A DNA stretch of 64,000 nucleotides from Opitutales bacterium (GTDB taxonomy: Bacteria > Verrucomicrobiota > Verrucomicrobiia > Opitutales > PNEW01): assembly GCA_965197745.1 (NCBI GenBank), contig CBDANS010000006.1:585721-649720 (forward strand), read 5' to 3'. Numbering within the stretch: position 1 is the first letter of the stretch; each line of letters starts with the position of its first letter. This document shows, piece by piece, positions 27,915 through 38,518 of the stretch. Below the pieces are notes generated by a model. It had not been told where the DNA came from. It worked only from the letters and a program-made list of their open reading frames with translations, and did not search any database. The position numbers and the translations under genes were made by a program.

Positions 27915-28775
27915 TTAAAATATATTATAAGCATTAGCTAAACACTGTGTTCTTAAATCGCTATCTTCAGCAAGTTTCATCAGCCCATAAAAGGCATAAG
28001 GATATTTGAATAAGTGCCCAAGGCCGAGAGAAGAATCATTCATGCGTTGCTCCCAATAGGCTTTCTGCAGCGGGAAAAGTTCAGATGGTAAATGATCAGA
28101 TCTCGGTATGTCTCTTTCAGCAGGTCCCATTCGGATACGCCCTATGAACATTCTGAAGGCTGCTTCATCCATCTTTGAAAAATCTGTGTGTCCCAGTTTC
28201 TGCAAGTCCATTATGTGAGCGCGGCTATAAGTAAGGAGATGTCCAGTCCAGCCCTGTCCATGCCCTTTAAATCTTTCGATCGACTTAAGGAACTCAATAA
28301 GCACAAACTCTGCAGCTTTTGCCGTGATATTTAAATCGGGAATTCCGCTAACATCATCTACTGAAAATTCAGTGACCTGGAAGGATTCGGCAAGCTTGCA
28401 CATACCTTTTACCCGTGATGGTGTAATCGTTTCAGGAAGATCCCGAAATGCTTTCAATGCGAGAGTTGGCAGAATGACGTTGTGACCCACTTGTCGTAGC
28501 TTACCGATTTTTTTACTCATCGTTTCGACTACTTGTTCTAGTAAGCTCGGGTCAGATTTCTCTCTGGGAAATGGCTCACATAGCTCGGTATGAGCCCAGT
28601 GTCTATCAATCATTTTGGCGATAATATCTGATACGCCTTCTTCCACATCGTTCTCCTGGCAAAGGTAATAGGCGGAGATGATTGCACCCCCACGATGACC
28701 ATCTTCAAAGTAATTCATATTGTGGGCGCGACTGAGAGCGTTGAGCCCATGCACTAAATATTGTTCATTAAGCAT
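27915..28775 (-). CDS. Hypothetical protein (286 aa, His-rich helical)
   Basis: Long ORF in the array orientation. I recognise no motif with confidence. Confidence 0.5.
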   Translation of the reverse strand: MLNEQYLVHGLNALSRAHNMNYFEDGHRGGAIISAYYLCQENDVEEGVSDIIAKMIDRHWAHTELCEPFPREKSDPSLLEQVVETMSKKIGKLRQVGHNVILPTLALKAFRDLPETITPSRVKGMCKLAESFQVTEFSVDDVSGIPDLNITAKAAEFVLIEFLKSIERFKGHGQGWTGHLLTYSRAHIMDLQKLGHTDFSKMDEAAFRMFIGRIRMGPAERDIPRSDHLPSELFPLQKAYWEQRMNDSSLGLGHLFKYPYAFYGLMKLAEDSDLRTQCLANAYNIF

Positions 28776-28817
28776 ACGAAAGACCCCGTAATTGTGTGAT
28801 TAATTGGACCTTGTTCA

Positions 28818-29342
28818 TTACGTCCAATCCTCATGGGACAGCTTAAACCGCCTGATGCGTTCGTCTATAAACTTCTGCCCATACCTACCGTCGTTAATTA
28901 TACTATCAATTTCATTGAAGCCATTTTTTTCGAGAACCCGACATGAAGCTGGATTGCCCTCCCAGCAACCACTATAAATTGTTTTAATTGCCAGATTCTC
29001 AAAAGCATAAGCAACGGCACAATGGACAGCCCTAGTCGCAACACCTCTGCCCCAGAAAGGCACACCCACCCAGTAATCTATCTCGATAGATTGTATATCG
29101 AAATCGGGTTCATTTAATCCGATAACGCCGACGAAGTCTCCATTGAGTAAGATCGCTGATGAAAATAGTTTCTTTTGCTCCCTGGCTTCAATTCTCTGCT
29201 TCACAAACAACGCACCGCCATTTTCGGGGTAGGGATTGGGAACGTTACAGGTCTGGGCAAGACGTTCGTCAGAAGCATATTTTTGAATATATTCCGCGTC
29301 GTCCACCTCGATAGGCCTGATCAATACATCTTGAGCATTCAT
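28818..29342 (-). CDS. GNAT N-acetyltransferase (RimJ/RimL-like)
   Basis: LIRPIEVDDAEYIQKYASD and WGRGVATRAV. Start moved to the internal ATG (MNAQDVL...) so that it does not overlap the HIT gene. Confidence 0.75.
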   Translation of the reverse strand: MNAQDVLIRPIEVDDAEYIQKYASDERLAQTCNVPNPYPENGGALFVKQRIEAREQKKLFSSAILLNGDFVGVIGLNEPDFDIQSIEIDYWVGVPFWGRGVATRAVHCAVAYAFENLAIKTIYSGCWEGNPASCRVLEKNGFNEIDSIINDGRYGQKFIDERIRRFKLSHEDWT

Positions 29343-29370
29343 TTTGTATGAGTGTAATACCAAATCGATG

Positions 29371-29847
29371 CTAAAAATGGGTTTGAAGAAAACTTTGAAT
29401 TTGCAGCGCAATCGGTGTTGTCACATCAGAGGGCAAAGGGTTATCGACTTTTTCACCCAGTCCGGAAAACACGCGTGGACCTATTAGTTTTTCAGGCCAG
29501 TCTTTTCCCCTGGCGATTACATGAAAATGAACGTGATGGAATCCCTCCATTTCCGCTAATTGAATTACGTATTCTTTTTCTGTATCTAATAACGTGTGTA
29601 ATGCTTCACAAACTGACTTCAGCAACTTACTCAATTCTGAATATTCAACTTCAGACAATTCGTGAAGCGCTTGGCAATGCCTCTTTAAAACAAGGACTAA
29701 CCATCCCTTAATGGAAGTAGGATCACCGTGTTCAATAATCCAATGTGATGTCTCAAATATTCTCGGCGCATTGCTTAGACTGATCTTACCTTGTAGATTC
29801 TTACAGGATTTGCATTGGTCGTCATACTGGGAATTCATAGTGGTCAT
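29371..29847 (-). CDS. HIT (histidine triad) family protein
   Basis: Histidine triad FHHVHFHVI. Confidence 0.8.
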   Translation of the reverse strand: MTTMNSQYDDQCKSCKNLQGKISLSNAPRIFETSHWIIEHGDPTSIKGWLVLVLKRHCQALHELSEVEYSELSKLLKSVCEALHTLLDTEKEYVIQLAEMEGFHHVHFHVIARGKDWPEKLIGPRVFSGLGEKVDNPLPSDVTTPIALQIQSFLQTHF

Positions 29848-29881
29848 AATTTTATAAATTTATATTTCATGTTCACTGGGA

Positions 29882-30706
29882 CTAATCCAGCTTCCTGTTT
29901 TTATTCATCCAATCTACGGCATAATCGACAATTTTTCTCATTTTGAACATCTTAACCTGAGCGTTTCCGACTACACCCTGAATTAATTCGGGGTTGCCCT
30001 TCTCATAGGCCATACCGATTTCCTCAAAATCATATCCATACCAGTAAATGTCATCGTACCATGTCCACTCAACCCGGTTATTCTTTATTAAGGGGGCTCC
30101 TCGCTTACATTTTTTCTGCTCGGCAAATTTGCACCGATATTCTGACAGGTGAAAGGCTGTATTGTTACTGTAACCCGTCCCTATTAGTAGAACAGTGGCG
30201 TCCAGATCATAGAGACGAGCCAATGGAGACGTTTCTCCGGCACTCATACTCAGGGAGTGATTATCCGTAATGAAGTTGGCATTTTTACCGCGAGCTCCCC
30301 AGGAAACAAAAGGGTGATGCGAACGGATCGTTCCTTTCTGATGCATGAAACAGTCAACAATCATCCCCATTTTACGCGCTGGGGTCATTTCAGGATAGAA
30401 TGGTGGCATATTCTCTCTTATAGTCTGAATCCAATCCGATGGAACGGCCGGACTGGCCCAATCTTCGGGATCTGATAAATCCGCGCTGTGGGTTGGCATA
30501 GCAAGGGTCCCCTCCGGCCCCAGGATATTTTCTAATGCTAATATCACAGAGACAGGTCCCCCTACGACATAGCCCATTGAACTCAGGGAGGAGTGCACGA
30601 TCAATGTCATGGCGGATTTTACGCCAAGTTTTTTAAAGTCTTCTGTCAGCGAAGAAATAGTGTGCGGAACTTCCGTTTGCCCGATTACTTTTATCAACTT
30701 TGTCAT
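29882..30706 (-). CDS. AAC(3)-family aminoglycoside N3-acetyltransferase-like protein
   Basis: LGVKSAMTLIVHSSLSSMGYVVGGPVSVILAL, GTLAMPTHS, RSHHPFVSW, VLLIGTGYSNNTAFHLSE. Colinear with the Antibiotic_NAT family. Substrate untested. Confidence 0.75.
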   Translation of the reverse strand: MTKLIKVIGQTEVPHTISSLTEDFKKLGVKSAMTLIVHSSLSSMGYVVGGPVSVILALENILGPEGTLAMPTHSADLSDPEDWASPAVPSDWIQTIRENMPPFYPEMTPARKMGMIVDCFMHQKGTIRSHHPFVSWGARGKNANFITDNHSLSMSAGETSPLARLYDLDATVLLIGTGYSNNTAFHLSEYRCKFAEQKKCKRGAPLIKNNRVEWTWYDDIYWYGYDFEEIGMAYEKGNPELIQGVVGNAQVKMFKMRKIVDYAVDWMNKNRKLD

Positions 30707-30713
30707 TTTATGA

Positions 30714-31283
30714 TTAGCCAGGGCTTTGGTTATTACTGGTTAATTTAATTATTTCCTCTGTTGTTTCCTCAGGTGTTTTTCCCTTTGTATGGATTGTTAA
30801 TTTAGCTAAATCATAGTTGGAATGGTGTTCCAGAAAATGAAGATTAATATTAAATATCCCATCAGAATCCACTTCTATTCGATCATTTAATGTTTTAAAT
30901 GACTCAGTCAAATTCGGTGAGGGAAGAAGCAAAATGACATTACGAAAATCTGCCAGGACATCTTTTATTCGCTCAAATAATTGATCATTTTCATATACAG
31001 AATGGCCACCACCAAAATCAAAAACGCAACTGTCATTATCATTGAGAATCCTTTCAATCGCATACGCTTCAAAAGGTTTCCAATACCGGTATAGACCATC
31101 AAAGAATCCTAGTTTTTCATTAATCGTTTCAGCTAATTTTCGGTCATAGCCAATTTCGTCATAGTACTTCCATCTTAACTCGTCGACATCACATAGAGTG
31201 ATATTCAGCTTTTTCGCTATCAATTCTCCCACCGTGCTTTTACCTGTCTGGATGGGGCAAATAAGAACTATTTCGTCACGCAT
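30714..31283 (-). CDS. P-loop kinase (shikimate-kinase/AAA-like)
   Basis: Walker A-like CPIQTGKST. 189 aa. Confidence 0.6.
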   Translation of the reverse strand: MRDEIVLICPIQTGKSTVGELIAKKLNITLCDVDELRWKYYDEIGYDRKLAETINEKLGFFDGLYRYWKPFEAYAIERILNDNDSCVFDFGGGHSVYENDQLFERIKDVLADFRNVILLLPSPNLTESFKTLNDRIEVDSDGIFNINLHFLEHHSNYDLAKLTIHTKGKTPEETTEEIIKLTSNNQSPG

Positions 31284-31329
31284 TGATTGAAAGGGGTCAG
31301 CATTTTATAATCGTTCATTGATCATAGTG

Positions 31330-31806
31330 CTAATGCAAGGGCATGACAAAAGCCAGAAACGGCTTCTTGCGTTCCATCGGTTCTACGGCAAATCCCATCG
31401 AGATCTTCAGTTGCTGGTTCTCGGGATGCTCGTTATTGCTGACGGATCGCACCTGGTAACAGCCAAGCTCCCTTGCCCGCTTCAGCGTTCGCTCTTGCAG
31501 CGCCCTGCCGATGCCTTGGCGTCGATGTGTTTCATTAACGCCAAAGGCAATAATTTTGGCCTCCGTCAGTGTGCGCCCATTAAGTTGAACGGGCTCATGG
31601 CCACGGTCATGGGGACCAATCTCCCACACCACGAACATGAGAAAACCCACGACTGTGTCATCTTTTAACGCTGCGAGAAAATAACGTAAAAATTGTTCAA
31701 AGAATGTGTCAAAAGCCCAACCCGTTTGATTCTCTCCAGCGATGGTTTGAACTAAATCGTCCCAACGCGGATGCGCAGGTGTCCATTCTTCAATTGCTAC
31801 ACTCAT
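31330..31806 (-). CDS. GNAT N-acetyltransferase
   Basis: HRRQGIGRALQ motif. Start taken at the internal ATG (MSVAIEEW...). Confidence 0.75.
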   Translation of the reverse strand: MSVAIEEWTPAHPRWDDLVQTIAGENQTGWAFDTFFEQFLRYFLAALKDDTVVGFLMFVVWEIGPHDRGHEPVQLNGRTLTEAKIIAFGVNETHRRQGIGRALQERTLKRARELGCYQVRSVSNNEHPENQQLKISMGFAVEPMERKKPFLAFVMPLH

Positions 31807-31835
31807 ATTGATACCAGCTGTATTATGGATTTGTA

Positions 31836-32387
31836 TTAAACATCTGAAAGACCGGGTTCCCACCCGACATCGGCAGCCCATCGGTCTGCACGATGCATGA
31901 TCTCATGGATTATCGGGTCCTTAGCGTCTACGTAGGTTTGTCTTTCGTAACGATACCTTTCAGCCAGTTCCCTTTTCACCCTTTCATACTTTTCGTGGTC
32001 ACTTGGGTGTAAACGTATATAATCACGGAACAACAGGGCGAACTGCTGGTGCCAGCTGCCCAGCTTCCTCGTATGAATATGCGTTCGTCTCGTTCCGGGT
32101 TTCTCCCTGAAATACCGTTTTGTTTTTTCCCCGTTGTTCTTCTTCCAGACATAACCCAGTGATTCCATCGGTATCAAAAAAGGTTCCACCGGTTCTAGGC
32201 TGCAAACAGAGATCTGGATATCGATAATTGGTTTAGCGGCCAGTCCCGGCACCGAAGTGGAGCCAATATGATCAATGCGATTGGCCACCTCCCCCAGTGC
32301 ATTTCTTAGAGCTTTCCCAATGTCTTTAAATTCTTTAGGCCACTCGGGAGAGTAGTCGGAAATTAAAATGGGTTCTACAGACTTCAT
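31836..32387 (-). CDS. GrpB-family (nucleotidyltransferase-fold) protein
   Basis: IDHIGSTSVPGLAAKPIIDIQISV. Confidence 0.75.
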   Translation of the reverse strand: MKSVEPILISDYSPEWPKEFKDIGKALRNALGEVANRIDHIGSTSVPGLAAKPIIDIQISVCSLEPVEPFLIPMESLGYVWKKNNGEKTKRYFREKPGTRRTHIHTRKLGSWHQQFALLFRDYIRLHPSDHEKYERVKRELAERYRYERQTYVDAKDPIIHEIMHRADRWAADVGWEPGLSDV

Positions 32388-32395
32388 TCACTATT

Positions 32396-32851
32396 CTAAT
32401 AATTACGTATAACCATGCCCACAGAACGCATCATGCCTAAAGATTCGTAGAATGGTTGAACGTCCTTATCGCACATAAGATCAATGGCGGGAATATTTTG
32501 TAATTTATCCAGCATACTCTTCATCAACATTTTCCCAATCCCCCTTCTTCTATATTGGGGCAATACTTCAAGCAATGGAATAAAAGCACTTTGAATATGA
32601 TCGGTGTTCGCTGTTACGTAACCGACAACTTTATTCTTATCGGTATCTATGGCCATGAACACATAGTCACTGTTCTTAAGAATTTCTAAATGGGCTTCAT
32701 TTGAATGTGGTTTAACCCAACCTTCAAAAAAACCTCCCAGCATACCCGGGGTGATGTCCTTTATTGATTCAACATACTTAACCATATCTACAACTGAATT
32801 ATCCCTACACGACTTATTCGGCAAGATAGCATTGAGAAGGGGTACCAACAA
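32396..32851 (-). CDS. GNAT N-acetyltransferase
   Basis: YRRRGIGKMLM motif. The true start may be the internal MVKYVES. Confidence 0.75.
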   Translation of the reverse strand: MLVPLLNAILPNKSCRDNSVVDMVKYVESIKDITPGMLGGFFEGWVKPHSNEAHLEILKNSDYVFMAIDTDKNKVVGYVTANTDHIQSAFIPLLEVLPQYRRRGIGKMLMKSMLDKLQNIPAIDLMCDKDVQPFYESLGMMRSVGMVIRNY

Positions 32852-32854
32852 TCC

Positions 32855-33835
32855 TTAATCAGATATGATAGTATTGCGCACTCCATCTTCCTCTCTGTAT
32901 TCCTGTGCAAAATCTGTATCTGGTGGATTTAGTCTTTCCCATTCGATTGTCTTCTCCAACGCCTCTTCTAAACCGATCTTGTCGAAATAACCCAAATCTT
33001 TTCGAATTTTTTCGGAACTCATATCCATATTCTGAGCAAAATTTATATTACTAACCAGATGTGAAGGTAACTGATCTTTTCCTAGAGTTTTTATCTCACC
33101 ACACCACCCTACAACCGAAGCAATTTTTTCTACCCAGTCTTTTTCTTTTAGAGAAGATGAATCAGCCACATTGTAAATTTGACCTCTCGATTTATCATTA
33201 ATGGCTGCTAAAGCAATGGCCTGTGCTACGTTCCCTACATATCCTCGACAAGTTTTCCACTCAGTTATTCCTTTTTCTAACATTATTACGGGTCTTCCAT
33301 CATCCATTCTTCTCAGGTATGGACTAAGACGGCGCTGGCTATCATGTGGCCCAAAAACCATGGGCATTCTAAGTATAGTTCCTGAAATTGAATGATGCGA
33401 TATTACTATCTCTTCTACTGCATTTTTATTATCACCCTGAAGAGGGTTTAAACGTAAGGGCGATTCTTCAGTCAGGGGTGTATCAATAATATCTGTTAGT
33501 TCAGGAGAAGTCACAATTTCAAATGCCCGATAAATATTTCCACTACTGATGGCTACTACTCTATCTACCAAACCCTCTGCGATTTCCATTAGAGCAGTAG
33601 CATGTGCATCTGAATGAGAAATCATATGAATGATAACCTCAGGGGCATAGGATGCAAAATCGCTTTTGAATTTCATTAATTCTTCGCGCTCACCGATAAT
33701 AATTTTAGCCGCACTACTGCTTAAATTATCATGTTTCCCCCTGTGGAATACACATACTTCATGTCCCTGACTGATTAAGAGCCTGGCAGCGAATGCTCCC
33801 ATGAAGTTAGTTCCCCCTATAAATAAAATCTTCAT
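32855..33835 (-). CDS. NAD-dependent epimerase/dehydratase (extended SDR)
   Basis: MKILFIGGTNFMGAFAA (GxxGxxG). Start placed at that ATG. Confidence 0.75.
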   Translation of the reverse strand: MKILFIGGTNFMGAFAARLLISQGHEVCVFHRGKHDNLSSSAAKIIIGEREELMKFKSDFASYAPEVIIHMISHSDAHATALMEIAEGLVDRVVAISSGNIYRAFEIVTSPELTDIIDTPLTEESPLRLNPLQGDNKNAVEEIVISHHSISGTILRMPMVFGPHDSQRRLSPYLRRMDDGRPVIMLEKGITEWKTCRGYVGNVAQAIALAAINDKSRGQIYNVADSSSLKEKDWVEKIASVVGWCGEIKTLGKDQLPSHLVSNINFAQNMDMSSEKIRKDLGYFDKIGLEEALEKTIEWERLNPPDTDFAQEYREEDGVRNTIISD

Positions 33836-34003
33836 TTCCCTAAGGTGTCCCTTCCCCACTCACTAGCATTACATATTCTGCAGGGAGGTGGAGAAAAAAC
33901 AATTGTCAAAGTGTATTGAACGGAGCAAAATCACTCTGAAGCGACACTGGATGATGACTTTAACGAGTTATAAAGATCAAAGGGAAAATCCCGACTTACA
34001 CCT

Positions 34004-35712
34004 ATGAAAAAATATGCATCAGATAGCCACTCTCGCACCCGTATGGCGGCACTCCGCGGGTGTATCTTAAGTTTAGTCGCGCTCCCTGGCCTGCTCGCGC
34101 CCTCGAGCCTGATCTCATCGGAGGAAACCGGGGAAACAACCAAGGCGGGTGAGTTGGCACCAAGGCTGCAGAATCTGGGAGACTATATCACTATGCCATC
34201 ACCACGGATGACGAGGGCGCCCAGAAGTACTTCGACCAGGGACTAACGCTGACATACGCATTTAACCACCGGGAGGCAGCGCGCTCGTTTAAGGAAGTGG
34301 CACGGCGCGACCCAGACGCCGCCATAGCCTACTGGGGACACGCTCACGTCCTGGGTCCCAACATTAACATGCCCATGAATCCCGATGACGAGTCCCTGGC
34401 CTATGCGCTGGTGCAAAAGGCCATGGCCTTGCGCGATAAGGTCTCTCCCAGGGAAGCCGCTTACATCGAGGCCTTGGCGGAACGCTATTCAGGTAATGCG
34501 GAAGATCGAGCTGCGAGGGACCGAGCCTACGCGGAAGCGATGGGTAAACTGCATAGGGCCTACAGGGAGGATCTCGACGTCGCCACCCTGTATGTCGAGG
34601 CATTGATGGACCTCAGTCCATGGGACTACTGGACGCGAGACGGACAACCTCATGAGGAAACAAAAGATATAATTCGAATTCTTGAGTGGGTGATGGAACA
34701 GAATCCCAGACATCCGGGTGCCAATCACTATTACATCCACGCGGTCGAACTCCCCTATCCGGAGCGAGGGGTTGAAGTGGCTGATCGTTTAGGCACGCTC
34801 GTGCCGGGAGCAGGTCACCTGGTACATATGCCTTCGCATATTTTCCGCAGGGTGGGGCGCTACGAAGACGCCTCCAAGGCCAACCTCGCCGCCATTGAGG
34901 TTGACGAGGATTATATTACACAGTGCCAAGCCCAGGGCATCTATCCACTGGCATATTATCCTCACAATATCCACTTTCTCTGGGACTCCGCGACGATGGA
35001 AGGACGACGAGAAGTGGCCGTGGACGACGCACGCAAACTGGCTTCGCGCGTGACACCGGAAATGCTCCAGGCGGTTCCCATTCTACGGACATTTATCGTT
35101 GTGCCCTTTTACGCCTATGTTCGGTTTGGCCTGTGGGACGAGATCCTGCAAGAACCGAAACCACCCACTGACCAGGGTTTCCGGACAGGTATCTGGCACT
35201 ACGCGCGGGGCATCGCCTTCGTCGCCCGCGGGCGCATAGGAAAAGCCGAAGTCGAGTTGAGGCAATTGGCAAAACTGGCGGAGGATTCGACTCTCGACAC
35301 GGTACCTCTGTTTTCCAATAACAAAGCTGGTCCGGTGCTCCGTATCGCTCGAGAGGCTTTGGCAGGTGAAATTTCCACCCACCGCAGCTCCTACGACAAG
35401 GCCATCGCCCACTTACACCGTGCCGTCCTGCTACAGGATGCCCTGGAGTATATCGAGCCACCTGACTGGTACTATCCAATGCGCCAGTCCCTCGCGACGG
35501 TATTGCTGGAAGCCGGGCGGCCACTGGAAGCCGAGGTCGTCTACTGGCAAGACCTGAAGAAAAATCCGGAGAACGGTTGGTCTCTATATGGATTGATGAA
35601 AGCGCTTCAGGCCCAGGGAAAGACAGACCGGGCGACCGAAATCCAAAAGCGTTTTGAGAAAGCCTGGGCTCTTGCCGATGGTCCGCCCATGACTTTGCAC
35701 GCGCCCCAATAA
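34004..35712 (+). pseudogene. GC-rich TPR-repeat protein gene, frameshifted near its 5' end
   Basis: ORF 34004..34246 supplies a signal-peptide-like N-terminus ending ..LQNLGDY. The frame of ORF 34297..35712 is already open from 34153 and reads HYAITTDDEGAQKYFDQGLTLTYAFNHREAARSFKEVARRDPDAAIAYWG. The frame switch is at ~34187 (GACTATATCACTATG). It lies on the opposite strand and has a different composition from its neighbours. Confidence 0.65.
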
Positions 35713-35722
35713 CCTCCACCAC

Positions 35723-36295
35723 TCACTTGCACAATTTATCCTGCTTTAATTTTTCCAGGATATTATCTCTCAATTCTTCCAGTGATTTACAGCCATCCAG
35801 AATTAGATCACTGTGCTCTATATGCCGAAAGTGATTCAGGTATGGAACCCGGGCTTTATTCAAATAATGAACGAGATCTTTTTTCAAACTAACCATCGTT
35901 TCATTAGCGGGGGTTTCTCTTTCACCCAGGTAATTTCTCAGTATTCTTCTTGCCATCGCGACGTCCAATGGTGTGTCAATGTAGACTGATAGATCAATGC
36001 ATTCTCTCATGCGATGGTGTGCACGTCCAAATGGATAATCTAAAATGATATAACTGAAATCTCCTTTCTCGATCTCTTCTGCAATGGCACTGCTCATTCC
36101 CGGACAATCAAACTCGGAGAGATCAGCTCCCCTCATCGTCCATTCGTAATAGTCGTCCGGGTAAATATTGGTGTCATCAAAATCATCGAAACGGAATAGT
36201 TCGGAGGATTGCAGCGATTCATGCAGGAGTTCAGACAGAGCCGTCTTACCCCCACCTGATACCGAGTTGATTGCGATGACGTAAGGAGATGGCAT
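35723..36295 (-). CDS. P-loop kinase (uridine-kinase-like)
   Basis: Walker A NSVSGGGKTA. 190 aa. Confidence 0.6.
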   Translation of the reverse strand: MPSPYVIAINSVSGGGKTALSELLHESLQSSELFRFDDFDDTNIYPDDYYEWTMRGADLSEFDCPGMSSAIAEEIEKGDFSYIILDYPFGRAHHRMRECIDLSVYIDTPLDVAMARRILRNYLGERETPANETMVSLKKDLVHYLNKARVPYLNHFRHIEHSDLILDGCKSLEELRDNILEKLKQDKLCK

Positions 36296-36300
36296 TGTGA

Positions 36301-36789
36301 TCAGGTCATTTGAATTTCCATATAGTCCTCATCTTCGCCAAGAAGCTGGAATCGCTCTTTCAATACGTCAAATGTCTCATTAATGATAAGAAAATCACCC
36401 CGCAAACGCTGATTCCTTTTTTCGCAGCGCTCCCGAGCACTATCTTCTGAAATGGAAAACGAAAGCAACTTTGGAATTCCGCCACATTCTTTTACTTTCT
36501 TTCGAACCGTATCCCGATAGCTCCGATTCCAGAAACCAAAGTCCAGAACCACATCAATCTGCATAAGAATGAGTTGGTTCCAATAGCCTTCCATGATCCC
36601 CAGGACTGAATCGTAGTACTCTGAAAATTTCTCAGCTGGTGGATTAACACCGAATAATTTAACCATCCATTCGTCCGGTGAAAAACGGACTGCTTTTTTC
36701 TCACGTTCAAGTTTGCATGCATAGGTAGTCTTTCCCGCGCATACGAATCCATAGAGCATGTAAGCGATTGGTTTTTCTTCTTCAGGCAT
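36301..36789 (-). CDS. P-loop ATPase/kinase (AAA_33-like)
   Basis: Walker A GFVCAGKTT. 162 aa. Confidence 0.65.
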   Translation of the reverse strand: MPEEEKPIAYMLYGFVCAGKTTYACKLEREKKAVRFSPDEWMVKLFGVNPPAEKFSEYYDSVLGIMEGYWNQLILMQIDVVLDFGFWNRSYRDTVRKKVKECGGIPKLLSFSISEDSARERCEKRNQRLRGDFLIINETFDVLKERFQLLGEDEDYMEIQMT

Positions 36790-36872
36790 CGTTGCTCATA
36801 ACCTATCCCCTCCCCGTGTATCTGCACAACGAAAATTGAAATATGACGCAGTGGCTGTAGGGTCACAAGATA

Positions 36873-37832
36873 CTACCAGGTATATTCTTCTGAAAGTAAT
36901 CTTCTAGTCCATTCAATCCATCGCGGCTGGTCAGGATGTTTGATCCTGTCCCATTCTCCACCGGCAAAGTGAATGAATAAATAAACGGTCCGCAATCTTA
37001 TGAACCAGGAGAATTCACTTAAGCACTGGTCGTCCAGAGAACATTCCTGGCGGTAGCCATCCATAAACCAGCGCAGAACATCCCGTCGGTTTTCTTTGGG
37101 GATATGTCTCGACGGCCAGAGCGCAAAAGCAAGATCTGCGATGTACCAATGATAGCACAAATCCGCGAAATCGATGGAATGTATCGTTGTGAGGTCGTCT
37201 TCTATGAGAAAATTACGAAACCCGTAGTCACCGTGAATCAAACCATAAGACTCTGTATCTTTTGGGAGCAGACTGATGTGATCGATAACTTTATTCAATT
37301 CATCGACAGCAGCTGGTTCGCTTTTCGGTTCACTCTTTTTTGCATTGTGAATAATTTTATCTTCATCCCAGTGCTCACAATTTTCACCGGATGGCTTAAA
37401 TAGCTTTGACTGTCTGTGAATGCTTCCGAGGGACCTGCCCCAGTTTCGATGGAGATTTTCGTCGAGCTTATCGGTCCTGAAATTAATGTGACGCCCCGGC
37501 ATTCTATTGAACGCTGTCACATAAAAGGTAGTGTCGGTATGCCCGACAGCCTCAAATCGCTTTCCTACAGCTGATCGAATCGGATAAGCGACAGATACCC
37601 CCTTTCCTTTCAAGTACTCGAGGAACTCCAGTTCTCCTTCAATTTTGGATCGGGGTTGTATCTCCCCAGGACTGAAGCGAAGGAACACCGCTTCCTTCCC
37701 CATTTGAGTTTTATAGACCAGGCTTTCACTGTCACCCACATGAGTGGCTTCCTTCCCATGGTTATCCCAACGAGAGAGCGCTATGTCGAGAAGTCCTTCG
37801 CTTTCGATTAATTCAAGGGTCTTATTTCTCAT
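36873..37832 (-). CDS. APH-fold phosphotransferase
   Basis: LIHGDYGFRNFLI catalytic loop and SIDFAD. Confidence 0.75.
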   Translation of the reverse strand: MRNKTLELIESEGLLDIALSRWDNHGKEATHVGDSESLVYKTQMGKEAVFLRFSPGEIQPRSKIEGELEFLEYLKGKGVSVAYPIRSAVGKRFEAVGHTDTTFYVTAFNRMPGRHINFRTDKLDENLHRNWGRSLGSIHRQSKLFKPSGENCEHWDEDKIIHNAKKSEPKSEPAAVDELNKVIDHISLLPKDTESYGLIHGDYGFRNFLIEDDLTTIHSIDFADLCYHWYIADLAFALWPSRHIPKENRRDVLRWFMDGYRQECSLDDQCLSEFSWFIRLRTVYLFIHFAGGEWDRIKHPDQPRWIEWTRRLLSEEYTW

Positions 37833-37898
37833 TATTTCGATTGGGATTCAATCTTAGAGATCTCCGTTTTGAGGTATCTGAAGCAACGAAATACTGCT

Positions 37899-38433
37899 TC
37901 ATAGACTCATTTTAATATCATTAACAAGATCAGTTATTTCAAGGTTGTCTGTAGTATCGATTTGAATTAGTCTTCCTATGCCGAGTGGACCAAGGCATGC
38001 AAGTGAGCGAAAATTTTTGGTTATTTCTTCGTCATCTTTGTCTCCATCGAGGTGACCTGGATGGCGAATTCTCTGAACGAAACGTTTGGCAGCAATTTCA
38101 GGATCACAGGAACAGTATATTTCTATGACTTGATCTGATAGCGACGTGATCCATTTAATTGGAGTCCCAGACTGATCCGGAAAACTGTCATACCGCCAGA
38201 ATGATGTAAGAACTGTACCCTTGGAAGTCGATGCAAGTCGCTGAAGGATCTCGTCACTAGCTCTACTCAGACGCCCTCCACTCTGCATCTCCAATTCCCA
38301 ACGAATCAAACAACGATTCAAGAATATCATCTTTATCAAGTAATGGTAAATTGAGCACAGGTGCCAGCTGACTTGCCAATGTCGTCTTGCCACTGGCAGG
38401 TATTCCCGAGATAACGATAAATGCTTTAGTCAT
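37899..38433 (-). pseudogene. P-loop kinase (AAA_33-like) with a single-base frameshift
   Basis: The ATG at 38433 gives MTKAFIVISGIPASGKTTLASQ...GIGDAEWRASE*. The continuation RLSRASDEILQRLAS... is in the frame of ORF 37899..38393. Removing one G from the GGG run (plus-strand CCC at 38274-38276) restores the frame. Confidence 0.7.
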
Positions 38434-38518
38434 TTCGTAGTACAGTTTGAAGCCAATGGTGAAGGTACAGTCCCGAGGCTATTGTGGAAGTCTGTGAATG
38501 GATCAACCGTCTTGTTCG

